A DNA stretch of 62,752 bases, counting the filler, from Rhabdomonas costata (taxonomy: Eukaryota): NCBI GenBank assembly GCA_019059605.1. It is 37 parts of 37 records of this genome, joined end to end, with 100 filler letters (N's around TTAATTAATTAA, not from the genome) between each part and the next. Parts side by side here need not be neighbours in the genome. Positions count along the whole stretch, not along the records: positions 1 to 1,600 come from JAHMHO010012260.1; positions 1,701 to 3,300 come from JAHMHO010012261.1; positions 3,401 to 4,998 come from JAHMHO010012262.1; positions 5,099 to 6,700 come from JAHMHO010012263.1; positions 6,801 to 8,400 come from JAHMHO010012264.1; positions 8,501 to 10,096 come from JAHMHO010012265.1; positions 10,197 to 11,794 come from JAHMHO010012266.1; positions 11,895 to 13,493 come from JAHMHO010012267.1; 29 more parts are not named here. One strand, 5' to 3'. The notes below the pieces were generated by a model. That model ran no database searches and was not told where the DNA came from. It was given only the letters and a program-made list of their open reading frames with translations. The position numbers and the translations under genes were made by a program. Below, in pieces: positions 1 to 12,894 of this stretch (its first letter is position 1; every line of letters starts with the position of its first letter).

Positions 1-1600
1 GTGTGGTGGGACAGGGCGAAGGTGCTGGTGAAGATCTGGGGAGACCCCGGGCCCATTAGCCAGGACTAACGTTGAGCGTTGAGCGACCGTGGGCAACGGG
101 TGTGTTTCGGCTGCTGGGTTTTGGGCAGCAAGAGGTGACTGCGATGGATGGAATGACAATCTCAACGTCAGTTTAGGAATCAAAAGCGAGGGCCAACCTA
201 TGCACTACACAACGAAAGCAAAGCGGTGCTTGAGTGGGTGCGTGCGGGAGAAAGCTATAGGTGATGAATGAAGAAAGAAGTTGTGAGAACAGGCAGGAAA
301 TCGCTACGAAGCTGCCCGATTCGACGGCATCCGAGAGGTGGAGGTACATAGATCTCACTAGAGTTTTGCATTCCCACGCCCACCCACGCTGCTGAATGAC
401 AACGTGTTTGCCCTCGGCGTCTGCGCTGTGTCCCAGGTTGATGGTTGATGATAAAGCCAAGCATCAATCAGTCATGCAACTGAGACTCGCAGACGGCTTC
501 AATCCAGGAGCTTTTGGAGCTCCTCCTACCCCAGAACCAGCGAAACCACAGCGAAACCAACGGGGAAACAACTTTCACAAAACGTCAGCCGAAAAAACTG
601 ATTCATCAGTGAAGGTATTGCAAAACTCGCTTCTTCCCTTTATCCTTCGTTGTTCGCTTCTAACTTCCCCGTTGCCGAGCTTTTTGCTCTAAAATTTTAA
701 CGGCGTTGCTATGAAAAGGAGGGGCCATTTAGCAAACTTGACTGCTCAGTTGTTGCCTCAGTGGAGTGCGCTTCTGTTGTGCTTGCCCTGGATGTGTAAG
801 AAGGACTGATGCCAATTTACAGTAGGGTAAGGGGCCATCCAGAATTCGACGAAACTCCATATCAAGGGCAAGTCTGGGGTCAACTTAAACGCTTCCTCGC
901 AATACACAGCATACCAGCCCGGTTGTTCCGTTGGAGTGTGTTGTGCCAGCTTGGTGACTTGCCCAGAAAGATCAGACAGATCAAATGAAATGGGACCACG
1001 ACCAGGGAAACGCGATCACGAGTCTCTTGAACAGAATGAGTTGGGGAAAGCGGGGAAGCCACCTTCTCTTCGAGTTGGGCCCCAAAGTTCAGCCAATATG
1101 TCGGCAGGTCGGTGGCGAATTTCCACAGAATCCGCATCTGCACGGAACCAGCAGAGAGAATAAAACAGAGAGTAAACGCCCAGTGATGAGTTACGATGCT
1201 CCGAAAAAAACGTCAGACAAAGAACCATTTTTATATGGGGTTGAACGACCAACGAAGCAGTTGTGAACAGGGCTTCCAAAAGAAAACTCTCTAAATTGGC
1301 ATTTTGCAGTGTTTATGTTTTCCAGAGGACTGCCTGCCGCTTCAACCAAAAACTAATCTTCCTTAATTCAAACTGAAATATATCGTGCACCTTTGAACGG
1401 CAAGGACAATCAAAACTTCAACGCAACACTCAAAACGTGAAAACTCGTTCGGTTTCGTTCAGGTCGTTGCTCGTTCAGCTTTCAGTCCACACAAACGCAA
1501 GCATGTTCAGTCCCCATCGCAGGCAAAAACCCCGGTGGTCGCTGGCAAACAAAAAATCGCATCGACAACAAAACAGAAGCAATCATAGTGACCCAACCAC

Positions 1601-1700
1601 NNNNNNNNNNNNNNNNNNNNNNNNNNNNNNNNNNNNNNNNNNNNTTAATTAATTAANNNNNNNNNNNNNNNNNNNNNNNNNNNNNNNNNNNNNNNNNNNN
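1601..1700. other. Artificial contig-joining spacer (first of 36; N44-TTAATTAATTAA-N44), recurring about every 1.7 kb
   Basis: The same 100-nt N-padded linker with six-frame stops separates 37 contigs of nearly equal length (~1.6 kb). Confidence 0.99.
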
Positions 1701-1713
1701 TGTTGTTGTGCAG

Positions 1714-1909
1714 TGTACGACCTGATGTTGTCCATGAGGAGCGGGGGTCGCCGGGGCATTTCGGAGGCGGAGCTGGCGGCTCAGCTGACCATGCGGATTG
1801 TGCTGATCAAGTACTGCGACCCCTGGAAGTCGGTGTTGATCACAGGGGTGCGGTTCGACCTCAGTCCAAAATGCGAGTTTGTGGACAAGAAAACGGGAAA
1901 GAAAGTCAC
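1714..1909 (+). CDS. Exon of a Piwi/Argonaute-family protein (start of PAZ domain)
   Basis: Acceptor tgcag, donor gtatgg. Reads YDLM...ELAAQLTMRIVLIKYCDPWKSVLITGVRFDLSPKCEFVDKKTGKKVT, matching the Piwi PAZ pattern (IVLT.YN.KTY.I..I.FD.SP.S.F....G..V). Confidence 0.7.
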
Positions 1910-2459
1910 GTATGGCCCCCCTTTCCCAGTCATTGATCTACCACAGGGTTGCAAAAAAAGGCTGCCCGAGGAAGCATTTAGCTGGCGCTTGCATCCTTGA
2001 TATACCCGCTTTGTGGCGAATGCTTGTCAGCCCACCTGAACGTGCAGTGGCGGACCCTCCGCAGTATGGTTTTGAAATACAAGCCGCTTGTAAGCTGCTA
2101 TTCTTTCTTTTTTTTTCTTTTCCGCTGGTCGTGTGCCGGTCCCCTTGGCTGTGCAATTTCGGATTTTTAGAACAGTTTTGCTTCGTGGCAGTAATACTGG
2201 TGTGCGGAGTGGACCTTTTTCTTCCTAAGCAATACCCGTTCAGTCCAGCGTCTGAGATCCAGTGGCGTCTAAGTGGGTTTTGCTTTCTCTTGCTAGCAGG
2301 GTGCCACTGTCTGTGTCCTTGCTTCCGTCCTTGTGATACCTACTCGCCTCCACCCCCCATCCGAGAGTCCGGATTTTGTGTGCCGTAGACGCAAGCTGGT
2401 CCCCGCTGATGCACTGACTCACATTTTCTTTGGGTGCGACTCTAGATTGACGATTTACG

Positions 2460-3300
2460 GTTGTTGCAAGGGTGGGGGGTCTTTGGGTGTCCAGGAGCAT
2501 CTGGGTACCCGGTGGCATCTTGGTAGGGTATGCCTTCGGTCTCAGGGTTGGTGTCTGGGAGGTGTCTAGGGTACCTGCGGTCTATCTTGGTGGTCTGGGG
2601 GTATCTGGTATCCCGGGGTAAAATGAGGTGGTGGAGGTCTTTTGATTTTCGTGTCGTTATTTAAGTTCGCGTGCAGGGAGGATACATTTTGGGGTTCTGG
2701 GTTCGTGTCTCCGAGTTGAGGGTTCAATGCTTCGGGTCTTTGCCTTCGGTTTCGCTTTCGGCCTTCGCTTTCGGTTTCGCGGCTGTCCTTCGGGATATCC
2801 AAGATGAATTGAACACCCAGTGACGGTTACGACCGGAGCGCACTTGTGTACAATCAAGCACTAAGTGGAGGTGTAGCAGACAAGCGTGACATTGATGACA
2901 GCAGGTGCGGCTGGCTGCGATCAAGGGACGTTGCACTTTACTCACACACGAATACAACAAGGACGATGCTCACGAGGCCAGTAACCTATGGACGCATAAG
3001 GTGAAGTTGAGCTGAGGCGCACGATCTACGTTGTCATCAGGTTCGCCTGGGAAATACGTGTTGCGTGGACCCTATGCGTGGGGAGTCACAGTGAGATACC
3101 TGGCGTATCTGGGCGTCAGATGAAAGACCTAGTGATGGATGCTAGGCTATGGCATAAACCCACAGACGGTGAAGCCAAGGCAGTGAGGGACCGGTAGCAC
3201 ACACTACTCAACCTCACACGCTAGCGGTGGATCCTGATGGAGGTGAGCTGTCCCGGTTAACCACGCGTAGTGGCAATGACTGACAGCCTCCAGTGGTTGG
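2460..3300. repeat. Copy of an uncharacterised non-coding element (related copy at 56056-57658, opposite strand)
   Basis: Blocks ggtcttttga..ttc-gtgtcgttattta, gggaggatacat, cgtgtctccgagtYgaggg and tgccttcgg are colinear with the reverse complement of 57468-57645. The left boundary is approximate. Confidence 0.8.
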
Positions 3301-5098
3301 NNNNNNNNNNNNNNNNNNNNNNNNNNNNNNNNNNNNNNNNNNNNTTAATTAATTAANNNNNNNNNNNNNNNNNNNNNNNNNNNNNNNNNNNNNNNNNNNN
3401 CAGGGGGGGGCTAGGACGGCTAGGACGGAAGTTCCTGAGTGCACTTTTCTCTTCTTTTTTTTTCGCGTCTATGCCCTTTGCCATTTGTTGAAGATTTTGG
3501 GAACCTGTATGATCATATTGCTATTGTTTTTTTTTTGCTATTCTTGGTTAGGAAAGCATGGCTGCATCTAATACACCCAATGTTCGCGCAGGTAGCACCA
3601 GTGGAGACTTGGGGTGGTTCGGGGACTCCTCAATGGGTGTCTATGTGGCGCGGTTCAGCACTTATGTGCTGAAATACGCCAATGGGATGTTTCCCCTGAC
3701 TCCTGGCCAGCAGTGCAATGTGATAGTTTTCGACGTTGTTCCCGGGCGCAGCCGACTCATTCCAGAGGTATCACTGACATTCTCTCTTGTCTTCTCTGCT
3801 TTCTTCGTGCGCTGCTGCCAGTGTCTTCGCGTCGCTTAGTGCTCCAGTTGAGGGAAGATCCTCCTTTAAAAAAATAAAGCGCCACTGCATTGTTGCCGGA
3901 GTAGCTGGCGGTTTTAATTGACTGGGGGGGGGGTGTAAAACGCGATGGAAACCGCAGGCAGCGCCCCAGAGTCTGCTGATCTTTTTGGTCCTTTTAAATT
4001 GTAATATTCTTCAAATTGCACAAACTCTTGCTTTCTTGTGTCTTCTGCTTGGAGCTGGTACCTTCAGAACGTTTACTATATTTTTTCATTTCATCGTCCT
4101 CTCCTCTGCGTTCTCCGCAATTTTTCAACTCAAGTGAACCCCAACGCTTCGTTGTCTCTCTTTCGGTGTACCACGAAAAACAACCGAGGGCAATAGCCGC
4201 TGGCAATTGAAGGCATTAATTTATTTGCAGCGCCACCCATCATTCCTCCGGAAATCGCTGGGCTCTGGTTTGCATCCTTGTTCTGCAAGTTAGTCTGTTT
4301 TTTTGGACCTAATTCGTTTGCTGCCGCGGGTTAAAAGTGGAAAGCGTCATAAATGTTCGTGTGTATTGGTGTCTTTAGGCTACGGAGGGGCTTGCTCCAA
4401 CTCCGAACTTCCACAGTCATGAGAGCCCCCATCGCCTGGAGTGGTTCCTGTTCGATCCCACCCAGCTCTGCCCAACTTATGTGCTGACCGTCCGTGCTGT
4501 AGAAAACACCCAAACGTTATCTGATGATCGGTGACCTTCTTTGGGAACCTCGGCTTGCAGGAAGTTCTTGCCTTTTCCACTTTCAGTCCTCGCACTCTCG
4601 CAATAACTTGCACTTCACATGTTCGCTGCAGCCCTTGCTGCACGCCAGCCTTGTTCATTCTTGCGTGTGTATTCATCCCCTACTACTACTGTTGTGGGAA
4701 GGGAAATGACCTGGCCATTCCGGACTCTCGTGAAGTGGCACATCTCTTCTCTCCTCTCGTCCCATCTCCTTAACCCAAGGAAATTCCGCTTTCTGACACC
4801 TGTGAAGGTCTCCTTACGAGAGAGAGTCCCTCATTGCATCCTGTGACCGGATGTGACCCTCAGGGGGCATTTGTATCGGGGGGAGGGTGCATTAATCGTT
4901 GCGATGACAAACGTTTAGGTCAGAACAATTCCCAGGAGTTGGCAGCACAAGAGGAACTTGATTAGTTAGGTGCAAAGGCCAGCGCCGCGGAGGCCAGTNN
5001 NNNNNNNNNNNNNNNNNNNNNNNNNNNNNNNNNNNNNNNNNNTTAATTAATTAANNNNNNNNNNNNNNNNNNNNNNNNNNNNNNNNNNNNNNNNNNNN

Positions 5099-6494
5099 GG
5101 TTGGTTGGATCAGCAGCAGGCATACCCCGCTGGGGTCGGCAAAGGAGTCCTCGGAACCCCAGTCGGAGTGCGACGTGCAGCGGTGGATCTCTGCGCGCTG
5201 GTGGTGGTGGCTGTACAGCGAGAGGTAGATCTCCTCGGAGTCCGTCGGGGGCGAGATCTCCCGGATTGATGGCAGGCTGTACGTCGCTTGCAGGTCCCCG
5301 TCTGCGCACATGTACACAGCAAAGTGGGAGGAGTTTCCAGGTCCTTTCCAGGTCCCAGGTCCTGCTCTGTCGGCCTCAAGATCTGAGCCATTTGTCAGGG
5401 GTAAACTGGAAACTGAGGACGGGGGGCTAAACCGCTCATTAAACTCTAACCTTCCCCTATTCGCTGTGTGACTTCCACAGGGGGGCCCCGGATCGGAGCC
5501 GCACCTGCCACCGGAACCAAACCTGAGCATGACTGACCGGCCAAGGCCCATAGACCTCAGGGTGCAAGACGCATGAAGTTTCCCTGCTGTTCTTGTTCGG
5601 GCGAACAAGAAGGGATGTGTGTGTCCGCAACGCCTCGGCTGATGCCATCGCTATTGAATGCCCCCCCCCCCATCCTTTTGTAAGCCCAATTATTATTATT
5701 GAACGAGGTGTGTGGGGGAGCGAACTCTTTCTCTTCGCCTTGAGAGCCACCGTGACGATGGGCTCGTAGCTGGTGGGGTGGGACCGGATGGACGCTGTGG
5801 CCTGCAACGGGGCCGAGTGCAGGTGCTCCAACGCAGCCTGCTCCGCGGGCGGCTGTGGTGCGAGGAATTGCGCGCGGCCCATCCAACCACACAGAGAACA
5901 ACAACAGCAACACAAAGCCAAACCTGTCCCTCCATCTCGATCTGGGAATGCGTCCTCGTATCGTGGTGCACATTTAAGTGAAAGAAAAAGACAAAATGGA
6001 CAAAAGGATACAAAAATCCTATCGTGCGTCCTGACTATTGTGCACGAACATACACAAACACTGTCCCAGTGACCCAAACTACATTTCCTACTGTGCAACC
6101 GACCACGCGAGAGAGGTGAAGAAACCGCTGAGGGGCACTGCGCAGGAGGACAGGAGTCTCCTGTTGACAGCACGGCTGACTGCATCCTGCTGCAGTCGTT
6201 GTTGTCATGTGCATTTGGAATTGTCCACGGTCCAAGGATTTGGAGCAGCACATGAAAGGCTCACAGGTAAGTAAGCAGAGCTAGAGTGGAGAAAGCTTTG
6301 GATTCCAAGGAACTTCACCGTCACGTGCAGAGAGCGAGGGGGGGGGGAACCTGGTAGTGCTGCTCTGGTAGGATGCGGTCCCGCTGCTTGGGCTTGGGGT
6401 CCATCTGGTCGAGCAGCTCCGCACCGTGCGCGGTGGCGCTGTTGTCCTCGTAGCACTCCTCCAGGTGGCGCTGCGTCAGCAAGGTCTGCAGCTT
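5099..6494 (-). CDS. Three exons of an unknown protein (6494-6351, 5852-5726, 5301-5099)
   Basis: GC-rich exons with GT-AG junctions splice in frame: KLQTLLTQRHLEECYED...|PPAEQAALEHL...KAKRK|NGDLQATYSLPSIRE. No family recognised. Confidence 0.6.
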
Positions 6495-6502
6495 CTGAGA
6501 AG

Positions 6503-6503
<1 letters not shown>

Positions 6504-6537
<34 letters not shown>
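6504..6537. repeat. (AC)n microsatellite next to an intron acceptor; similar tracts at ~17009-17028, 31200-31227 and 35961-35982
   Basis: Perfect dinucleotide run visible in the sequence. Confidence 0.95.
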
Positions 6538-6539
<2 letters not shown>

Positions 6540-8603
6540 CAGACGCTCACGCAAATCAGCTGTGGGCACCACTTGGAGGAGCGGGGCGTGCTAACTGACA
6601 GGAATTCCTCCATTCCTCTTTTTGCCAGGCCAGCAACACCAAAAAAGGCCTCCAAATGGCCCAAAATGCCCCGTAAATGATCTCTGGAAGCCCAAACACC
6701 NNNNNNNNNNNNNNNNNNNNNNNNNNNNNNNNNNNNNNNNNNNNTTAATTAATTAANNNNNNNNNNNNNNNNNNNNNNNNNNNNNNNNNNNNNNNNNNNN
6801 TTTGATGACCTGCCCCTGGAAAGTTAGTATCTGAGGTACTGCGACCTGAGACCACAGAACTTCAAATTGAGGCTACGATTTAGTAGAGAATTGGGGGGTG
6901 GGGACAACAGTTAAACGGAGGTTCAAAAAGATACGCGCCAACTCAAAATTCTACTTTTGAGCAATTTGCGGTCGTTTTTGTGGTCGTTTTTGTGTTCGTT
7001 TTTGTGGTTTTCATGGTGGTTTCAGGTCAAAGTTGACTCTTTTTGGGGCCTCCTGGAGACTTCACAGGCAAGCGAGGGAAAGTGATGGTGATGGTGTAAG
7101 AAGGAATTTCAGTGGGAGGACTGTGCCTTAGGATCAACAGAGTCCTCGGGCAAGGAGCGCCAGAAAGTTTCGGACTTTGCCCTTTTTTTTTTACTGTGGA
7201 GAGGATCTTACAGTGACGATTTAAAAGTCAGTTTTGTCATCCCATGAATCCCCACACAATCCCATGAACCCCCACAAGAGATTTCGTCCCTCCACCCCAC
7301 AACGCCCGCGATCCAAACGAACAGATGTGAGCTCTCTGCGCATTTTTTCACCCGATCTCGATTCCATTAATTTCAGAAGAGCCAAACAACAATAAAATAG
7401 AAAACTGTCAAGCTCTCCCCTCCCCTGCATTTTTTCAATTCTTCCACTCTCCACCGTTCTTCGGTGCCGTGTCGGACTTGGAACGCTCAATTGAAACTGT
7501 GAAGCTGTTTCCTTTTGGAGCTGATGTGCTCCAATCCGGGGTGGATATAAACTCCGCAACTCGTTCTCAATTCTCACGATCCGAATCTTATGACCAAAAG
7601 CCGAAACCTTAAAAACACTGTGACACACAAAAAACTGTGGCGCAAGGAAGCAGCAGAAAAAGAAGCTCCGGAAGCCCTCCGAAAATGTCCTGCAAGGACA
7701 GTGTCGTCGCATTGCATTACAGCTTCGGGGGGAGGGGGCTACTGGGCCTTCGGGGAAGCCTTCCCCTTCTTCGGCCTTTTCACCTTGCGCTTCGAGTCCT
7801 TAGCAGCCTCAACAACTGCTGAAAAAGAAAGAAAACAATCGATGAGTTTGGAATGTGTTGATGCTTGGATATGACGCATGTTTCTAGAACAGAGAGAGAG
7901 GTCTCCATTTGAAGAAAGCCCGAGATAAATATATTGAATTTTGCAGGGGTTGGAGGGGAACACATGGGTCCTCACGTATCTACTCTGGATAAGAATGCGC
8001 ATCCGATTTGTCATCTACTCCCTGAGGAGGGCTCCGCACGACTGCACCACACCAGCACAGAAAAACAAGCTCGCCCATTGGAAGGGGGTCCAGAGGAGAA
8101 CGAGAAAAAAAAGCATGCCCTTTTTGGCGGGTGTCTTCTCTTGCTTCGGAGAGGCCGCCTTGGCTTCGGCACTGCCTGAAAAGGGAAGGTGACAGCTGCG
8201 CTAAAAACCGGCCCACACACAACGAGACCCCCAAAGCCAGCTCACAACACCATCAAGACAAGCGGACAGGAGGGGGAGGCACCCCCCCCCCCGTATGGCT
8301 CGCCTTTGACCATACATCACTCCCACAGAACTCTGTCTGATTCCCTAACGTGCACGTGCATGGCTCCTCGTGGACCTCGTGGATATTCGCCCACCGAAAA
8401 NNNNNNNNNNNNNNNNNNNNNNNNNNNNNNNNNNNNNNNNNNNNTTAATTAATTAANNNNNNNNNNNNNNNNNNNNNNNNNNNNNNNNNNNNNNNNNNNN
8501 GGAAAGTGTACACTCAGAATGGGTCTTCCTCCGCCTTCAGGCAAGATAACCTGATGTTGATCAACAATTTGAGCAGTAAGGATGAGCAAAAGCGCGTGGG
8601 ATC

Positions 8604-9600
8604 TCAACACTTCCTACAGATTCTGCTGCTCGTCCGGCTGAGTGTCTGTTCTACCCGCATTCTCTTGTGGTGGCCAACTTCCAACTTGAACCAATTGCTT
8701 CGTTTCCGTATGGGATGCGCTGTATGTATGTGTGGGGGATGAAACACGTTCCTCACATTTTTGCGGACGTGGGCATTGATATCAAGCTCAAATGCCTCAA
8801 TCTTGTAACCCAACTGCACACCATCACAAGCAACAGGGCACAACTTGTTCCGAGGGTGCTTCAGCTGGTTGATCAAGATGTCGTCCCTGACAACAAAATT
8901 GCAGTTGGTTGCCGAACTCGACTGCCCTTGATCACACTTGGTGGAGAGCTCCGTACTGAAATGCGCAGTCCGAGTTGATCTGCGCAAGCTAATTCTTGTT
9001 CGTGATAGTGTTCTCTCCAGTTATCATCTCCTTTGAAGTTTGACACATCGAAGAAAAGCTGAAGCTGAAAAGGCAGCCCAAATTTAATAAATAATAACGT
9101 CTGATACATGTTGTTGTGCTGTTGGTTGGCGATTTCTGCCAAAACCAGCAAGCGAAGCCCATCCATGCTTGCTTCACTAGAATGGGTCGAAATGACTTTT
9201 TCATTGTTTGGTTTGTAATCCGCTTTTTGATCTCCGTCAAGTGGCATAATGCCCTCATTCGCACTCGCGATTTTGGCATCTGCGTGGTAAAAAATGTTCG
9301 AAGACAGTATTTGATCAAGCACAATATCGTGGAGCAACACCGTTGCCACTTGTGGTTTTCTGAGCTGATCTTGTCCAAACATGAAATCAATAACTTGCTT
9401 CGAGGCACCGTCAGTGACCTTGTGCACCTGGTTGAATAGTTGGCCATGTGCCATTTTGATCTTCGGGAGGATGGGTCCAATCCATTGAAACGGGCTGCCG
9501 ATGCCTCATTGACCTCTCCACCGTCTTCATGTGACCTCGTGGAAGGTGCTGAATCTTGGATTGCTGGCGCGCCGGTTGATTTTGGTTTTCTTTGCCCAGC
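8604..9600 (-). other. Intronless ORF of unknown function, possibly frameshifted
   Basis: A 193-aa ORF (8873-9454) stays open upstream to ~9600 and overlaps a 127-aa ORF (8604-8987) in another frame. No motif recognised. Confidence 0.3.
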
Positions 9601-10327
9601 CCACCACTAATGGACTGTTTTTTTTATACATGTCCCGTGAAGCGAACTCGAGTTTTAATGTTTCGAAGGAGAGCGAGAACCGGTCACACGGTTGAGTGTG
9701 ATTTAATTAATTTACGGTTTGCTTTTTTCTTTCCTATTCCTTATGACCGTCCCCTTTCCGGGGTGTGACCGGACCACCGAGAAAAATGAAAATTCACCGG
9801 GAAAAATGAGCAAAGGTATCCGACTCATTGATTTATCGCAAAAATCCCTCTGGGGAAATTGACCTTTTCCTCGTTTCTCTTTTCAGTTTGGCTTCGAGTT
9901 TTTTTTTTTGCATGTTCTCTCGTGTTCTTTCTTGACATGGAAGGAAGATGAGCCAGGTTTGTTCAGTGCGCGTTTCAACTGCAGTCCAAACAACTTGCAC
10001 CACAAAAAAGTTTTGACTTTTCCCTTTTCACCACCAAGTTTGTCGGCGTGAGGCTGAAACTCAACCCCCCACCCCCCACCCAACCACACCCAACACNNNN
10101 NNNNNNNNNNNNNNNNNNNNNNNNNNNNNNNNNNNNNNNNTTAATTAATTAANNNNNNNNNNNNNNNNNNNNNNNNNNNNNNNNNNNNNNNNNNNNGGTT
10201 TGGGTTGTGTGGTCCAATAAAGTGGAGCAGCGGGGTGGGGGTGGGAGTAGGCCACAGAGTCCATTGGCGACACTGCTCAGCTGCTCGTGTTGACGTGGGT
10301 GTCCAAGGCGAGGTGGTGTTTGCACAC

Positions 10328-11157
10328 CCGTGCTCGCGGGGACGAAGGGGCTGAGGTTGTCTAGGTTCACGTGGGTCGCCCCGGCTCCAACAAAGGTTAG
10401 GATTACCAGCAGGTTCACCCCAACGGCAACGATGTTCACCCACGCCGTGGAGCGGATCCCCACACAAAGCACAACCTGCACAAAACACCGCACCACTGCA
10501 GTTGCTGGCAGGTCCCCGTGAAACCGCTGCTTGAATTTGTCGGCCCAAAATTGGAAACACCGCTCGGGATTATTGATCACAGAAAGCGCCGGTGGGCCGG
10601 AAAGAACCATCGTTGCTAACAGCACTGCACACGACATGCAGCTGAGTGAGACGTCGAGAACTGGCACAGTGCTGTTTCCGCTCAAGCGAACAGGGACTTT
10701 GCATCGGTTGCCAACGAACGACAAAGAGATGGAGGAGACTCGCATCCGAGGCGCATAGAACACAGAACAGGTTATACTGCTTTCGCTCACCTTTCTGCTG
10801 GCGCTTTCTTTGAAACCGTGTTACATGGCTCATCGCCACACCCAACCGGAACTATTGGCGCGCATCGCTCGGATGCATCACAGAGGGAAAGGGACGGTTG
10901 AAAGGGCACCTCAAGTGCACGTACCGTGCAGAGAAGCATAATCAGAACGGCCGGGACGTTGAGGTAGCCGTCCGGAGGGGCGTTGCATATCACCGCAGGA
11001 ACGGTCACCCCGGCGCTGGACAACAGGCTAACCAGGTACCCCGACCACCCCACGGCCACCGTGGAGGCAGAGACGAGGTACTCCAGCATAAGGTCCCAGC
11101 CAATGATCCATGCAATCAGCTCGTTCAGGGTGATGTAGGCGTAGGTATACGCACTGC
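10328..11157 (-). CDS. APC-superfamily (cationic amino acid transporter-like) permease, two exons (11157-10925, 10475-10328)
   Basis: GSAYTYAYITLNELIAWIIGWDLMLEYLVSASTVAVGWSGYL is the CAT/APC signature. The next exon VVLCVGIRSTAWVNIVAVGVNL...NLSPFVP continues it. GT-AG junctions. Confidence 0.92.
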
Positions 11158-12684
11158 CTGTGTCCGTATGGGATGAGAGACAATTAGGGCTATTTTTGCG
11201 CGAAGGCCAGCGCTGCAGCGGACGGAGACCAGTCCACAAGCGTTCCCAAGGGACGTTGGGTATGACACGCCCGCCCAACCTTCACACAAATACACACATA
11301 CTCGATCAAAAGCAATTTCCTTCACAGTTGATCATTCAGTACGTTTGGTGTCAGGAGAATGACGGAATGACCCACAGTAGTGCCCACGACAGACCCCTTC
11401 CCACCGTCCCACTGCACAGAGTTCTAGAACGTCCAAGTATAGCCACCAACCCCAGAGCACTGCGAGTGTGCCGTCTGGGAAGGGAGAGCGCCCCTCGGTC
11501 CAAAGTGGACCTTTAGGGGGTGGGCCAGAAGTGGCAGTGGTGTAACCAATGACAACTGACTTTTGTTCCCTCAAAAACGATCCGCCATCAACCAACTTAC
11601 TTCATTTTAATGAAGGGATTCAAACGCAATGCACCCTGGAGATGTGCTTTGGCGCGGAGATGGGTGAGGGAATGTGACTTGACTTGATGGGTGCGTCTTG
11701 ACAGAATCGAATAAAAAAGGCTTAGAAAAGGGCACACCAACGTTATCTGTTACCACTCGCCCCTTCCAAACGGACCCAGTGCCGACCACCACCCNNNNNN
11801 NNNNNNNNNNNNNNNNNNNNNNNNNNNNNNNNNNNNNNTTAATTAATTAANNNNNNNNNNNNNNNNNNNNNNNNNNNNNNNNNNNNNNNNNNNNAGGACA
11901 GGCTGTGAATGTCATGGGCTGAAACCCCCAGGCTTCGTCTGCTTTTCCACGGAAAGAAGGGGATTTGGGTGCTAGATATTTCTTCCATTCTTTTTCGGCT
12001 CGTTTGGATGATTGGGTGGAAGGTCGAGGGGCCTAAAGCCAATATGCAAGGTAGTGCCTGTGAGCGCAAGTTGTCATTGGGTTTTGCAGAACACCCCCGC
12101 TGAACTGCCGGCGACGAGAACTCACGGGGGTGTGGCGAACACCTTGGGCTCTGCTCTGGCCAGACTGTGCCACTACTTCCGCCGGGGCAGAACCAACACC
12201 CAGGTTTTCTCGCCTGTCCTGCGGCATTTTCTCGGGAATCGCTGCACGTGCCGTGCCACAGTTCTCCAGTTGAGGAGGATTCACTTGTAATCTGGCAACC
12301 ACAATTTGTGGAGGCCGAGCGCAACTCAGAGCTGCGAATGCTGCAGCACAGTGGAGCCGCCCTTATGTGAGAGTTTCATTGCCGCGTTTTTCGCTGCTGT
12401 TTTTCCTTCCTTTGGATGCTAGGTCTTCGAACTGAATGCATGCGTTCGGTGGGAGTGACCGTATGAGCCACCTATTTCCTGTCCCCTCTTTTGCCGAAAC
12501 AGTGCCTATTTGATGAGACAGCCATGCCCTTGTCCTCATCTCGATGTTTTCCCCTGGTTGTCTGCTTTTGCAGTCCAGTGCTGCATAAATGTACTCCCTG
12601 CTTTGAAGGAAGACGATGAGGTTAGCTTGGAATATTTGAAAGTTGGAAAGTTTCTTTCCTTTGTGATCGGTTGTTTTGTGCCAG

Positions 12685-12894
12685 GTGTACGACCAGGGCA
12701 TCAAGCCCAGCAACCGCCTGCTACTGATCGTCGTGCTGCTGTCGCTGGTGATGGCGCTGACGGTGGCAGGGACGGCGATAGGGCTGATCTGGGTCAACGC
12801 CACGGAGGCAAAGAAGAGCGCGCTCACGGAGAACCTCAACATGATCAAGAACGCGGTGGAGTTCTTTTCGGTGACTCAGGCCTTCCAGCGACAG
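12685..12894 (+). CDS. Exon of a membrane protein (one transmembrane helix then a helical segment; receptor/sensor-like)
   Basis: ccag|GTG...CAG|gttggg. Reads VYDQGIKPSNRLLLIVVLLSLVMALTVAGTAIGLIWVNATEAKKSALTENL with GC-rich codons. Confidence 0.6.

Noticed and set aside
6968-7010. 12-bp tandem repeat (gtggtcgttttt)
   Set aside because: Short degenerate minisatellite with no unique spacers or associated genes.
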